A DNA stretch of 64,000 nucleotides, from the NCBI GenBank assembly GCA_964106645.2, contig OZ067040.1; one strand, given 5' to 3'. How positions within the stretch are numbered: position 1 is the first letter of the stretch; each line of letters begins with the position of its first letter. The position numbers and the translations under genes are program-made. The stretch is from Podarcis pityusensis. Lineage: Eukaryota. Positions 36,393-49,905 of the stretch are shown piece after piece. The notes under the pieces are model-generated. The model worked only from the letters and a program-made list of their open reading frames with translations. It was not told where the DNA came from and searched no databases.

Positions 36393-36639
36393 TATCTACC
36401 TTTCCCTGCCGCTTTCCTTCCCTGGTGTGTGTTGTCTTATAAAGATTGTAGGACCTGAGTCTTATTTTTTTGTTTTACGTACCATTCTTATAGGCCCCCT
36501 AGAAACACAAAACCAATTGCCACAAATAACTAGTTAGAATCTGTTACAGAAGGAGAGATATGCCTGTAATAGGAATGAAAGCTGTTGGCTATCAAAAGAC
36601 ATCCAGCAGCAGAGGGCAATGGAAAGGGATTTAAAGGTA

Positions 36640-36862
36640 GGTACCTCAGGTTACAAATACTTTGGGTTACAGACTCCGCTAACCTGGAAGTAGTACCTCG
36701 GGTTAAGAACTTTACCTCAGGATGAGAACAGAAATCGCACGCTGGCGGTGCAGCGGCAGCGGGAGGCCCCATTAGCTAAAGTGGTACCTCAGGTTAAGAA
36801 CAGTTTCAGGTTAAGAACGGACCTCCAAAAACGAATTAAGTTCGTAACTAGAGGTACCACTG
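36640..36862. mobile_element. Tigger-like MITE (family of 18478), left TIR clipped
   Basis: Starts ggtacctcagg and ends GAGGTACCACTG-TA. Confidence 0.88.
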
Positions 36863-38502
36863 TATCTGGGTGATAAATGTTGCAACTCATCTGGAAAGGT
36901 CGGGGGGGGGAGGGATAGGATGGCTTATAATAAAGCACTGTAGTTATCAATACCTGTTGAATGTCTACCCTAAAATAAATAAAGGAAGATCAGGGTATTG
37001 TATTCACACACAAAAAGATAGGAGGGATAAATAAAAGGGATCCTCTCTACGATGATATCAGTGGCATTTGTGTATGTGGGAGACCAAGAAAGCTGCCTGG
37101 AGATTTTCTTATGGTGTTCTAGTCTATTACTTCCACGTGTGCTCTGTGGACCAGCATTAAAATGTCAGCCAGGGAACCTAGAGGCGTGACGTGACAAGAT
37201 GAATAATGGGTGGGGTCTGAGAGAGGGTACCACAAATATGGGTCTATGGGAGAACATACCAAGCTGCAGCAGAATATGTGGGATGAATGTGGCATAATTT
37301 ACTGGAAGGCAGAGATATGAGCTGAATATGTACACCACTTAGTTTGAATAAACCTATACCGCAAGTATTTGCTCTCTGTGTTTCACAAATTAAAGCACTT
37401 ACATAATATCACAATCATTTTGTTAAACCTGCAGCCCTATTGAAAACACTTGCCTCAACACAACTGGTCCTTGCCGATTTCACAGCAAATAACACAGTTC
37501 TCCTCCTCTTGAAGGGAAAACAGCAGTCTTTATCTTTTCTGCACGATATGCTTTTAAGGGGCTATTTCCTCTCAGGTTGTTTCTGTATTAGCTGAACGTA
37601 CGAGCCCATTTCTACATGCAAACACACAACTGCCCCCGGTCCTTTCTGACTATTGACCCTATACAAGAGAAAGCAAAACAGCATTCTTTTCAGACACAAT
37701 ACCAAGCCTTGGCTTTCCTGCCATGGCACGATAAACACATCACATTTTTCCTTTCCTCTTTTCTTTTTCAGAATGAAGCTCTGATTTCATTGGATGCCAG
37801 ATCTAAAAACAAATGTGGGTTGTGCCAAGTGCTGCTCTGAGCTGTGGATATAATGGGATTTGAATGGGAAGTCCCGGACACAATAAATCTGTGCCATATG
37901 TGACCATTTCCTGTGTCAGTTCCTTTCTCATAACCAGTGGACTCCCCCGCCCCGACGTCGTTCCCTTTCTTTCCCTTTCATGACCCCACACCAGGACTCT
38001 GAAATCTTTCATGGCTGCTTCTCCGCCTGGGGCTTTTCCACAGCAGTTGCATAAATAAATGAAATTGACAGCAAACATCATAACAGTTAGCAGGAGTGTG
38101 TACCCACCACAAGTGCCTTGTCCTGCTTTGCAAGAGAAATGGAAGAGGAAAGGACTTATTATGGGGGGGGGGGAGTATGTTCTTTGACAAGCGAGGGGGT
38201 GGGGGAATTAGTAAAATAAACTTGCTAAGACTATTGTTGTCAAAGTGTTTTGCTTCATCTAGTTACAAATTAGGAAGGGTCTTTGGTTCTTCATCCTTCT
38301 ACTCTCCATTTTCCATTGCCACATTCCAAAAGGGGTAAATTTGCAGATGAGCGGTTTCAAAAATAAAACTCCCAAGTTTGAAAAATCTTGCCTTATTTCA
38401 GGTCAGGCCTATTTCAGTTTGAGTCCTGGCTCAAACTCGGCTCATCCCCCTAACCACCTCCCAAGCAAGAAAAAAGAAAAAAGAAAAAGCTACCTTTGAG
38501 AA

Positions 38503-38850
38503 GGGACGCGGGTGGCGCTGTGGGTTAAACCACAGAGCCTAGGACTTGCCGATCAGAAGGTTGGCAGTTCGAATCCCCATGACGGGGTGAGCTCCCGTTG
38601 CTCGGTCCCTGCTCCTGCCAACCTAGCAGTTCAAAAGCACGTCAAAGTGCAAGTAGATAAATAGGTAACGCTCTGGCGGGAAGGTAAACGGCGTTTCCGT
38701 GCGCTGCTCTGGTTCGCCAGAAGCGGCTTAGTCCTGCTGGCCACATGACGCCGGAATCTGTCTGCGGACAAACGCTGGCTCCCTCGGCCTATAGAGCGAG
38801 ATGAGCGAGCAACCCCAGAGTTGGTCACAACTGGAGCTAATGGTTACCTT
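38503..38850 (+). mobile_element. Sauria SINE
   Basis: gggacgcgggtggcgctgtgg head; TSD TACCTTTGAGAA(GG). Confidence 0.95.
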
Positions 38851-40103
38851 TACCTTTGAGAAGGCTGGGGAAAAGGAACTGGTGATGAGGAAGGCTTGCT
38901 AGATACAGGAGAAGGAGCTGTTGAGCAAGTTCAGGGGCATCATTTCTTCTTGGGGAGCAAAGGATTCGTAGTTTTATTTGCCTCCCAAATTGAATTGAGA
39001 AGCAGAAGGAGCTTTGGCTCCAAGACTACTGGCAGAAAAATTAGGTAGTGAGACAACCAATTTAGAAAGCTGATGCCAAGGAGCTATGAACTCTGGCAAG
39101 GTGCTTCTGGACAGAGCTATGAGTGCCACACAGCCTGTCTTGTGCCCCTTAAACTAGTTTGCTGCCCTCTTGTGCCCCATTGTCTGTGTTGGCATGTGCC
39201 TGCCATCTTGTTCTTTGCCTCAGGCGGCAAAATGCCTTGGGCCAAGCCTTGCTCAGCAGCGTCATTTCCAGTTAAGGAAAGGCCACAAAGGGTCTGCAAG
39301 GGGAGGGGGGGTGCGCTTCATGCATTTTTCACAAGCATGGCCTGGGAATACATGGAGAGAGAAAGCACACTTTTGGTTCAAAACCTTTGCAAGGAAAGCT
39401 ATAAAAAAACCAAACCCAAAACAAAACAAGCTTGCATTTTGAGATGAGCCAAGGGGTGTTGTCCCATCACTAATAAATTATCCTGTTCTTTTGCAAAAAC
39501 AAAGTCTGGAAATCAAATGATTATTCCAAAATAGAAACATTCCATTATGTCATTTATGATCATTTCCCAGTTAAAACAGTTTTGGGCCTCATGAATAAGA
39601 ACTCAGGCATGTATAATGTAGAATTCCCACAAAACTCATAGAAATGTAAACCGTTCATTAGGGATGGTCCAAAACCAATATTCCCAATCTACGTGTCTAG
39701 AGAGTGTTCTGTGGAAACATCCTGAACCAAACACCAATTTGTGCACGTAGTGTTCTTAGAGAATTGACTAAATTCTAAATATAATAAATCTTACTTTTAA
39801 TTTTCCAATGTAGGATCAAGGTGCAATGTATTATTCTACCAGAGACATTTCTCAAGCAACAGCCATCCAGGTTGATGGTCATCACTTGCCTCCTCTGGGA
39901 GCAAGTTCCAGAGTTTAACAATGTGCTGCAGAAAGGAAGCGTCTGTCCTGAATCTTCCAGCCCTGCCCTTTTCTGGACCTTTGGCAAGTCAGCAATATCC
40001 TTTTTGAAGTGAGGTGACCAGAATTATGCATGGCGTTCTAAATACGGCTGCATCATAGATTTGTATAACAGCATTGTGATATCAGTGGTTTTATTTTCAA
40101 TTT

Positions 40104-40815
40104 GGGTGTGTGGGGTGTTAGAGGATGGGCAGTACATGCGGTGGGGGGCACATCATGCTCCTTCTGGGGTAGTTTGACCACCTTTGGTCACCTCCCTGCA
40201 CTTAGCTCTCAACTCTGGCTCCTAGAAGTTGACAGTGGCCACACCAGGGAATGGCTTCAACCAGCTGGTTAAACCGGGTGAGGGCAGCCAATGGGTCTCA
40301 AACCCTCAGTGAGTTAGGGACTTCCTCTGCATGTGAAGAGAGGCTGCAGTGGATTGAGCAGACATAGTTTATGGTGAGTCCAATGGTCAAGAAGGTGGTT
40401 TCTGCGCATGCTGTAGATGGAAGTGAGGGGCAGATGGGGCCTGTCTACCTGGGAAGGTGGCTCGTCTAGGAGAAGGACAACTCTGATCCTAAACATCTGC
40501 TGCCTTGCAGGAAATCTTCAGAAGAAGAAAAGGCTAAGGAGTAAACCCTGCGCAAATCCAGGGTGGAGTTCCTAAACAGTTGGATAGTGCCTTATATGCC
40601 TCCTTCTGGCAACTCCTGCAGCCAAGCTGGTGCCAAACATATTGCACTGCTTTCATTTGGACCACATCAGCAAGGCTGAGAGAAGGGTCCTGTCATCCGG
40701 GCAGCCCAGGACCATCAGCCCAGGACCTCCAGGCTTACACACTGCCCAGGCTTCCGCTCCAGGGAGGTCACAAACTCCATTGTCTCTCAAAACAGACAGA
40801 TGCCAACAACAGCCA
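40104..40815 (+). mobile_element. 712-bp non-coding RTE-like retroposon inserted in CR1
   Basis: 12-bp TSD TATTTTCAATTT (40092-40103 and 40816-40827), CAA-type tail, RTE 5'-UTR-like motif gtctaggagaaggacaactctg. Confidence 0.7.
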
Positions 40816-41626
40816 TATTTTCAATTTCGTTCCTAATGATCCCTAGCATGGAATTTGCCTTTTCACAGCTGCCGCACATTGGGTCAACAACTTCATTGAG
40901 CTATATACTATGACCCCAAAGTCTTCTTCCCGGTCCATCACTATCAGTTCAGACCCCATGAATATATGTGTGGAATTAAGGGTTTCATTGTTGCAACTTG
41001 TTTATGTTGAATTGCATTTGCCATTTTACTGCCAAGTCACTCATTTTATTGGCCAAGTCACTCAGTTTGGAGAGATCCTTTTGTAGCTCTTCACCCTCTC
41101 TTTGTTTTAACGACCCTGAACAATTTAATATCATCAGCAAACTTTGCTACCTCACTGCTCACTCCTAATTCTAGGTTGTTTATGAACAAAGTAAAAAGCA
41201 CAGGTCCCAGTACTGATCCTTGAGGGGGGCCCTCCACTACATCTCTCCATTCAGAGAACTGTCAGTTTATTCTCACTCTTTATTTCCCACAACCTAACCA
41301 ATTCATGATCCACAATAGGACCTCCCATCTTATTTCTTGACTGCTAAGCTTACTCAAGAGTCTTGAGTGAGATATTTGTCAAAACCTTTTTGAAAATCCA
41401 AGTATGTTTTGCCAGCTGGATCACCTCTATCCCTATGCTTGTTGACATGCTCAAAGAACTCTAATAGGTTCGTGAGACAAGACTTGACCTTGCAGAAGCC
41501 ATGCTGGTTTTGCTTCAGTAAGTCTTGCTCTTCTATATGCTTGGTTATTTTATCTTTAACAATAAGATCTACAGGTATAGGGCGGTATACAAAATAATTA
41601 TATTTCTATTATTATTATTATTATTA

Positions 41627-42120
41627 CCGTATTTTTCGCCCTATAGGACGCACCGGCCCATTGGACGCACCTAGTTTTTTGGGGGGGGAAATAAAGGGGG
41701 GAATTATTCCCCCCCAGCCGCGGATATCTGCCCGAAGCGCGGGGCACTATGCTTCAGCGCGCCCCGCGCTCTGGGCAAGCAGGCTGCTATCCACAGCCTA
41801 GGGAGCCTTGCGGGAACTTCCGCAGGGCTCCCTAGGCTGCGGATGTCTGCCCGAAGCGTGGGGCACTCTGCTTCGGCGCGCCTGCGCTCCGGGCAGCAGG
41901 CTGCTTTCCACAGCCTAGGGAGCCCTGCGGGAACTCCCGCGGGCTCCCCAGGCTTGCTGATAGCTTCCTGAAGCCTGGAGAGCGAGAGGGGTCGGTGCAC
42001 ACCGACCCCTCTCGCTCTCCACGCTTCAGTGAAAGCCTGCATTCGCCCCATAGGACACACACAGATTTCCCCTTCATTTTTGGAGGGGGAAAAGTGCGTC
42101 CTATAGAGCGAAAAATACGG
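41627..42120. mobile_element. Young Tc1/mariner (CCGTA-terminus) MITE with an internal ~118-bp tandem repeat
   Basis: TA TSD; TIR CCGTATTTTTCGCCCTATAGGACGCAC / GTGCGTCCTATAGAGCGAAAAATACGG; CpG-rich. Confidence 0.9.
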
Positions 42121-42678
42121 TACTTTCCACAAGTTTTTCCACCACAGATGCCAAACTAACCAGCCTGTAATATTCAGATTCCCCTGGGTCTCTTTTTAAC
42201 AACTAGTGTTATATTGGCTACTTTCCAGTCCTCAGGTACAGAGGTTGATTTGAGAAGTCTCAGGTAGATGTCATGTGGACCTGGATGTTTGTCAGTTTTT
42301 ATTTTGCCTATTAGACCTATAACTTCATGTCCCATTACCAGTATCTGCCTTAGTTCCTGAGACTCATTTCCTTCAAAGCTAGTTCAGGCACCATGATATG
42401 CCCTATATCATCCACTGTGAAGACAGATGCAGATGATTCATGCAACTTCTCCACAATCTCCATATCCTTCTTTAGCACTCCTTTGACTCCCTTGGGGCCC
42501 ACCTGCCTCTCTAGATGGTTTCCTGTTACTAATATATTTAAATAACTTCCCATTTTCAGTCTTCAGGTTTATAGCAATGCGTTTGTCAAATTCTTTTTAA
42601 GCATCTCCTACTGTTGGCTTGTACTTTTTTTTGGCCAAAGTTTGTGCTCCTTTTTGTTCTCCTCATTCACACAAGACT

Positions 42679-42724
42679 ATAGAATCATAGGGTTGGAAGG
42701 GATTCCGAGAGTCATCTAGTCCCA
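42679..42724 (-). mobile_element. Very short CR1 3'-end insertion inside the older CR1
   Basis: atagaatcatagggttggaagggattccgagagtcatctagtcc. Confidence 0.7.
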
Positions 42725-44460
42725 AAAGAAGCCATCTTGCCTCTAATAGCATCTTTGTCTCTCCTCATTAACCATGTTGGCATCTTCTTCGCCCTCACGA
42801 TGCCTTTCCTGATCTGTGGTATCCACTCCAGTTGAGCTTCTAATATTGTGTTTTTAAACAACTGCCAAGTGTTTTGGAGTGATTTTATCCATCTGATGCT
42901 GTCTTTCAATTTCTTTTTTATCAATCTCCTAATTGGGGGGACATTTCTTCTTTTGAAGTCTAATGTGACTGTGTTGGATTTTCTTGGCAATTGGCTATTT
43001 TCACATGCATTTAATTTACTAGCCCTTTGGTCATTGCTCCCAAGTGGCTCAACAACACTTACATCTCACACTAGGTCCTGGGCACCACTCCAGGTCACCT
43101 ACTGTTCCATTTCATATGGAGCAAAGAACTCACTTTGGAGGCCAGGTAGCCACCTGTAGAAGTCTCCCTGAATAATGGGAGAGGCCAGTAGGCTTTTCCC
43201 ATCTGGCTCATGAGAATTAAACTACAAGCTCCATCATCCCTAGTGGGAAAATCATAATTCACACATTTCCGGGCCCAGATCTGAAGGAGGGAGAATTACA
43301 GGACTTAAAGGAGTGCTCAGATTGCAAAATTCCATGACACTGTGGTTACATTGATGAATGTGTAATAGGAAGTGCATTGCCAAGAAAAGGCATCTATTTC
43401 ATAGGAGCTGAAAGAAAGACCCCCATCTCTTGTCACCTTCTGGAGCGGCAGCCCCTATACTGCTAAAGTTCAGTATGCTCACATCTGATGCCCAGCACAC
43501 GCAATTCTCTGGCAGATAGAAATGCGGCCCCCACCCTTATCCCTTGGCAGCCTGTCTGCTCTTCTCAGCACAGAGCAGCCTGCTCTGCATATGTGAGTCG
43601 CTTCACCATATTGCATATCAGGAGCTGGCTGAACATTCAGGTGAAGTCTTTAAAACATGCCCAACTTGGCAAGTCTGAGTCAAGCCTCCCGTGCCTGACG
43701 TTTCAGTAGACCACAAACAGAAATTGCAATGTACAGCTGGCCCTGTCTGCTCTTTTTTCCTGCATCCAGACCTTTCAGCCAGACTCAGCATGGGGGTGAT
43801 TTCCTGGCAACACAGAGGCATTTCTCTTCTCTGATGCACAAAACCAGGTTTGAAAGCGGGCTGGTGCTTCTGGTGACCTTCTGCCATGCGAGATGAATCA
43901 TCTGAACTGGAACTCTATTCTTTGCTGACCCAGATTTCAAAGACAGCTCTACACATCATGATGGCTGTGGGAAACGCTACTGGGATACTCATATTTCCCG
44001 CAGCACACACATAAAAGGTGGATGCCATGCCCAAGACAGGCACTCGCGTCTAATAGTGGGAGTGTGGATTTGCAGATATGGAAACCTCAGCCTGTGCTAA
44101 GGAAGGTCCACATCCCTTTGAATTCAGGTCCAGCCTGAAGTGGGATTTGCTTCCACCACTAGCTAGTACTCCCTTTCTAGTTCTTACCTTCTATCCACAT
44201 TCATTTTGGGAGGCATAGAAAACTACAAATACAGTGCTCCCCAGCAGGAAATGCCATTTCTAGCCACACTCAGTAGGTTTGTTTCCAGCTGAAGAGATAC
44301 TCTCTGGAGTAAGACCTCCCCTGTAGTAAGCTTGGCCACTCCACCACAACTAAACAGCTGAGAGTTCCTCAGAAATATGATGGTAATGTGGTACTATTAA
44401 ATATAGAAATATTAATACTAATTAAGAACAGGTTTTGAGGTGAGCCAAAGGAAGGTGAGT

Positions 44461-44616
44461 GGTACTCAGTCATAGAGCATCTGCTTTGCATGCAGAAGGT
44501 TTGGGGTTCAATTCCTAGTCTCTCCAGGTAGGGATAAGAATCTCCCCGCCTGAAATCGTGGAGTCAGCATAGGCAACACCAATGGTCTGACTCAGTATAA
44601 GGCAACTCCCTATGTT
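44461..44616 (+). mobile_element. tRNA-derived SINE with a CR1-like tail
   Basis: ctcagtcatagagcatctgctttgcatgcagaagg...ggttcaattcc head; tail ccaatggtctgactcagtataaggcaactccctatgtt. Confidence 0.8.
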
Positions 44617-45137
44617 AATCGTTCTGTGAATGAAGTGTGATCTCACAGTGCTGGGGGAGTGGCCACTGAGACTGGACCAATTGTGTGCTGGTGCTGGCGG
44701 GGTTTCTACCCATTTGCTACCACAAGGCAACCAGGTGCAAAAGAGCCACCCACATTGAACCCCCCCCCCATGTGGCTGTTTTGCTCACTCCTTCATTTTC
44801 CAGCTGTGTGGGAGTGCGCAAGGGGGAAGCAATTCTGGCATCAGAGTGGATGCATGTAAAGGGAACATGAGTTGCTCTTACAGTCCTAGTTATAAATGGA
44901 ATGTGCTATTTGGTAGAATAATGACTTGGCTAGAAAGTCAGAAGTAGAGCCAGATCTGCCCCCTGCCCCAGTTGAAGGAACTCTGTGGGGGAAGACTCAG
45001 CGCAAAGAAGCTTATATAGCAATTTCCTGTGATTAGTTATATTATCTGTCTTCGGAATCCTGCCTGCATGTTCTCACCCTCCATGGAAGTGTGTTAATAC
45101 ATTTAAAAAATGCTGAGTGTTCTTCCTCCCCAGACTG

Positions 45138-45750
45138 TAAGGTTACCAGATTTTTTTTCAATGAATCCAGGGACACTTTAAATAAATAAATAAATAAATA
45201 CTACATGTTCAGGACGTTGATGCTGCAGCGATGGTGGCGGCAGAGGGGCGGCCGCTGCCTTGACCTCAACCGCCACGTTTCCCCTTCCTCAAAGGCTTCT
45301 ATCTCCTTTCTCCATGAGCCTTGGCAGCCCCTGGGTTGTTGGTTCTTCGGTGGTGGTGGGGAAGCGGTGCCCGGTGGGTCAGGCATGGAAGGTGGAGAAG
45401 GAGGGCCAAGAGCAGTGGCAGCGGCGGCGAGGCTCGGGCAGCACAATGCCTCCCTTCCCATTGGAGCAGCCCCAATCCCATTCCTACTTGCGTGCAAACA
45501 GGAGGGGGTGGGGATCCCTCAGCTGGGAAGGGAGGCTTCCCATTGCCTACCTGCCCCCTCCTGCTTGCACGCAAGCTCTGATAGGCAGCGTGAGGCCTCC
45601 CTTCCCAGAAGTTGGGAGGCTGCTCCGATTTGCCATGTTTCCTGGGGACATTAGATGAAATCCGGAGACATTCCGGGGATGGAATTTGTCCGGGGACTTA
45701 TTCATAAATCCGGGGACCGTCCCAGGAAACAGGGACATCTGGTAACCCTA
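45138..45750. mobile_element. hAT (Blackjack-like) non-autonomous DNA transposon
   Basis: TIR TA(A/G)GGTTACCAGA...TCTGGTAACCCTA; subterminal cggggac repeats; ccccaga on both flanks. Confidence 0.8.
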
Positions 45751-48070
45751 CCCCAGAGCACTTATATTCCAAAGATCCTCCCCACCCCCACCCCCACCCC
45801 GACATCAGAATGCTGATTTTGAAGAGAATGCTGCTTTCTTTCCCACCTAATTCACACTAGCATGCAAAACCAGGCTTATTTCCATCCTCCTCTCCTTCAA
45901 ACAAGGATCTCCATCCACCATCAATTCCAGCATGGATTCAAAGAACTAGGGGGTGACTTGCTATTATAGATGCTACATGGTTGGATATGACATCAGAACA
46001 TGAAGAGGTTCACTCTAAAGTCAGACTTGAAAATACTATTATTGTTCTGGCAAGAACAGAAAGGGCAAGTACTAGTAGATATCAGTATACAATCAATACC
46101 AAATAACCTGTCAGCCATGAGCCTGCTTCTTAATATACGTCAAAAACATCCACCATGTGGCAGTGCAGTCCATTGGCTTGGCAGTGCCTCCTGAAACATG
46201 CACCAAATGAGTCAACTTTCCTGAAATTGAGATATGTAGGTCCTCCTGAAACCAAACGTGAAGGGAAAAGTACAATGTATTTCTCCATCCTTGGTCAATC
46301 TAGCAGCAACCAATTAATATATGAGTTTTACAAACTAGTTCTGCACTGACCTCTTTAAATATTGATAATAAACATAGCCCAGCATCGAGATGTCTACAAT
46401 CCCAAGTCTTTTTATGATCTGTCTCATGACTAGACAATCCTTCTCAAAGCTTGGTAAGGCACTAGGTTTTGGAAAGGTGGTGTGGGGCCCTCACAGGGAC
46501 CCAGAATCCTCCCACCTCCTTCTCAAAGCCTAGTTGGTGCTTTCCCAGCTTCGGGGCCCTGCCAGAGCTTTGAACCTCCTTCCCAAACCCCACACCTCTC
46601 GTACCTAGCTTTAGGAAGGTAGTACAAGGGCTGGGTGGGGAGCATCAAATTTTGGCCTCACACAGGGCACCTTATTGCCCCAGTCTGCCACTGTTCTTCC
46701 TTCAGTTGTGTATGGGGAGGGGGGCTTTGTCCTTAACAGTAATAATAAAACAGAAGCAAGGCCCTTTGGCATTCCCTCACCATCCGCCCGCCCTTAGATG
46801 CAAGCTGGATGACTGGGCAGAGGTCAGATGTCTCCAGTCCCCTCCCAGAAGGTTTATAATGGAGTGAGCTGCTACCTTTCATCCTCTCTCATAATTTCAT
46901 AAGGCAGAATTCCCCACCCCTCAGGCAAGCAGCCAGCCTGCCACTCTGTATTCATTCAAATTACACTGAAGCCTGCACTACATGCAACCATGGTCTGAGC
47001 ACATGCAGACCCTCAGTCCAGAGGTATAATGCTGCCTCTAGAGAGAGAAAATATATAGTTCTTGGAAAACGTTTTGCTTCTGGCAGCCGGAAGATTAGAA
47101 AGATAGGGTGGGAAGGCAAATAGAAAAGATAATGATTCCATATTTGCTGGGGAAATGGCAAGTGCAATTAGAATTGCCATCTGAGTTGTGATCAAAATTC
47201 TGATTAATTGCTTACTGCTGTTTCACAGAGAAGAAATTAGTGCGTATCTAATTGGTTTTACTGGCATGTACCCTCTGCCTTACTTCCCCAAATTTAAATG
47301 TACGAAATTCTGCGTTGGGGTAGGGTGGTCGAGGATGGAAACCTACTCTGAAGGCTAGCTTCTGAGTTTCTGTGTATGTTCATGCATATCTCTCAATTCA
47401 TATTTTCTTGCATATGTGCTAAGGCTGTGTTGAGGCTTCATCAAACTCATTGTTAAATATCAAGAGATCAACAGCTGTGGTCTTTCCTGGAAAATGTGAC
47501 CTAGTCACAATTATGTTTGTCCTGACTGTTCAGAAGCTAATTTAGTGCAAAATACAGCCACTAGACTACTAAGTAGAGCAATTAAGGAGGAGTCTGCTGG
47601 TGTCTGCTCAACTTAAGTTCAACCGATCTTATTCCTAGGTAAGTGGGCATGGGATTGCAGTACTGATCGCCAGTTTGCTTCTGGGCACCTTTCAGAGTGC
47701 TGCCCTTAGTCTTCAAGACACCTTCAAGACTTTCAACTCCCACATCCACCTGCCCAACCATCAGGGTCATTCTTCAAAGGACCTGCTCAAGGAATGGGGC
47801 CTTTTCATCTGTTGTGCCTTGCCTTGGGACCACTCTTCATTCACCATGCTAACTTTTCGTTGATGTTCAGAAAGAAGCAAGATGCTGCTTTCTTTCCTGA
47901 TTTATTGTGACAATTGTATATATTTTATAGTTTGCTATCCAATGTATCATTCTTATCAAGAGAAGGAAATTAATATTTTAAATACATAAATAAAATAATT
48001 TTGATTTTCATGCTGAAAATTGCTCTCAGGAATCATGCTTTTTTTCACAACAGTGAAAATGAATAATATA

Positions 48071-48293
48071 CAGTGGTACCTCGGGTTACAAACACCTCAG
48101 GTTACAGACTCCACTAACCCAGAAGTAATACCTCAGGTTAAGAACTTTACCTCAGGATGAGAACAGAAATCGCACAGTGGCGGCGCAGTGGCAGCAGGAG
48201 GTCCCATTAGTTAAAGTGGTACCTCAGGTTAAGAATGGTTTCAGGTTAAGAATGGACCTCCGGAACGAATTAAGTTCGTAACCAGAGATACCA
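48071..48293. mobile_element. Tigger-like MITE (family of 18478), right TIR clipped
   Basis: TA-CAGTGGTACCTCGGG...GAGATACCA. Confidence 0.88.
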
Positions 48294-49484
48294 AAATATA
48301 TGATTATTTTCATTGTATATTTTAAGAATATCTGAAGGTGTATCTCCTCATCCATATTCTGGTGCAGTTTGTTATACCTAATTGCCTTTTAACCACTAGA
48401 GTAGGACTGCAGAGAGTGTAATAAGATATGCGGTGAAATGCTAAAATTAACTTCAATAATTTTAGGGCTCCATAAGGTTTTACCATTAGATATAACTAAA
48501 TTAACTTCAGCACATATTTTTTTCATCATTACCAGAAAAGAGGAGAATGAATTAAAGCATCCTGATAATCAAGTATGTTCTTCCTTTTGCTCTTGTCCTC
48601 TAGTGAATAAATTGTTAAGCTAATTTGTTTTGGATTTATGATGGCATGCTCTCTGATAAGGGTGGAAAAAGTATCTTCAGAATTCTGCTCTTATAGTTTT
48701 CGTGTGTTTTCATAGTAGTCAGATTATTTGTTTCCAGTTCCCACCACTTGATCCTAGAAGAGAACAATGTTCTCTGATCAGTCTATAATTACCTTTGTTT
48801 TTCTCTCTCCCCTCACCCCACTCTGTTATCTTTCTAATCTTCTATCTGTATCTTTCCCCTTCCAGACAGCCTTATTAAATTCAGATACCTCCTTAAGAGG
48901 CTGCCTTGGCTGACTGCTTGCTCTGTTCATGCTGCATTGGAGTGAAAGAAATGGCACAATTTCCCACAGATTACTCATCCCACTGGTGTCTTCTGCTGGA
49001 AATGAACTAAATTTCCCACCTCATTTTCCCTTAACTATATCCAGCTCTGTCAAAAGCAGCTGCTTGCTTTGAACCACTGGGAAGGAAATCAAGCAAAAAG
49101 CATTCAGGTTCATTAACAGCATCCAAAACCAACACAATCCATCTTCAGGCATTTGCTTGAACATGTGAGGTGTAAAACTGGGAATGGGAATATACATGAA
49201 ACCCTGACGCCGGGAGTGCAGGTGGGAAGAGAGTTTGAAAGAAGAGAGTTTGAAAGCATGTTCAGTTGGATGGGCTTGAAACCCTCCCCAATTCCTGACT
49301 GTGGGGAGAGTATTTAGGAGTACTTTAAAATCTTCAGAACACTGCAGTCTGCAGATCATTTGCTGCCCAACATCTCATTTAGCTCAGCTCCCTGTCTAAC
49401 CAGACAACTCTGCTACTCTCCTATGAGCCTTGCTACCTGACCTGTTGAACAGCTCCCAGCCTTCTAAATAAATAATAAATAAAA

Positions 49485-49905
49485 ATGTATTTATATCCCG
49501 CCCTCCCCAGCTGAAGCCGGGCTCAGGGCGGCTAACAACAGCAAAATGATAAAACATTCTAAACTCATTTCATTATAAAATTAATTCAAATCAGATTAAT
49601 GGCAACCATTGGGCTAGAGTTCTGTGAAGGTTGCCAAAGGAGGGGGTCAGGCTGTGCCCTGGCCAAAGGCATGGTGGAACAGCTCTGTTTTGCAGGCCCT
49701 GCGGAAAGATGTCAAGTCCCGCAGGGCCCTAGTCTCTTGTGGCAGAGTGTTCCACCAGATCGGAGCCACAGCCGAAAAAGCCCTGGCTCTGGTTGAGGCC
49801 AGCCTAACCTCTCTGTGGCCCGGGACCTCCAAGATGTTTTTATTTGAAGACCGTAAGGTCCTCTGTGGGACATACCAGGAGAGGTGTTCTGTAGGTACGA
49901 GGGTA
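49485..49905 (-). mobile_element. L2 LINE 3' end, relatively young
   Basis: ORF 49647-49832 RARAFSAVAPIWWNTLP...FRRACKTELF is the L2 ORF2 C-terminus; 3' stem tagccgccctgagc. Confidence 0.92.

Larger units (their letters stand above)
39830..43095 (-). mobile_element. Older CR1 LINE ORF2 fragment interrupted by nested insertions
   Basis: Translates LDFKR...WQLFKNTILEAQ..IP...KKMPTW (ORF 42712-42990). RT-region motifs lie at 41130-41520 (cagcaaactt; gacttgaccttgcagaagccatgctg = QHGF.KVKS). Confidence 0.88.

Noticed and set aside
41704-42132. 142-aa ORF with repeats, or a CRISPR-like array
   Set aside because: Internal tandem repeat of a TIR-bounded MITE; no unique spacers, and the context is eukaryotic.
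45201-45738. GC-rich ORF cluster or CpG-island promoter
   Set aside because: Lies wholly between the TIRs of a hAT-like element.
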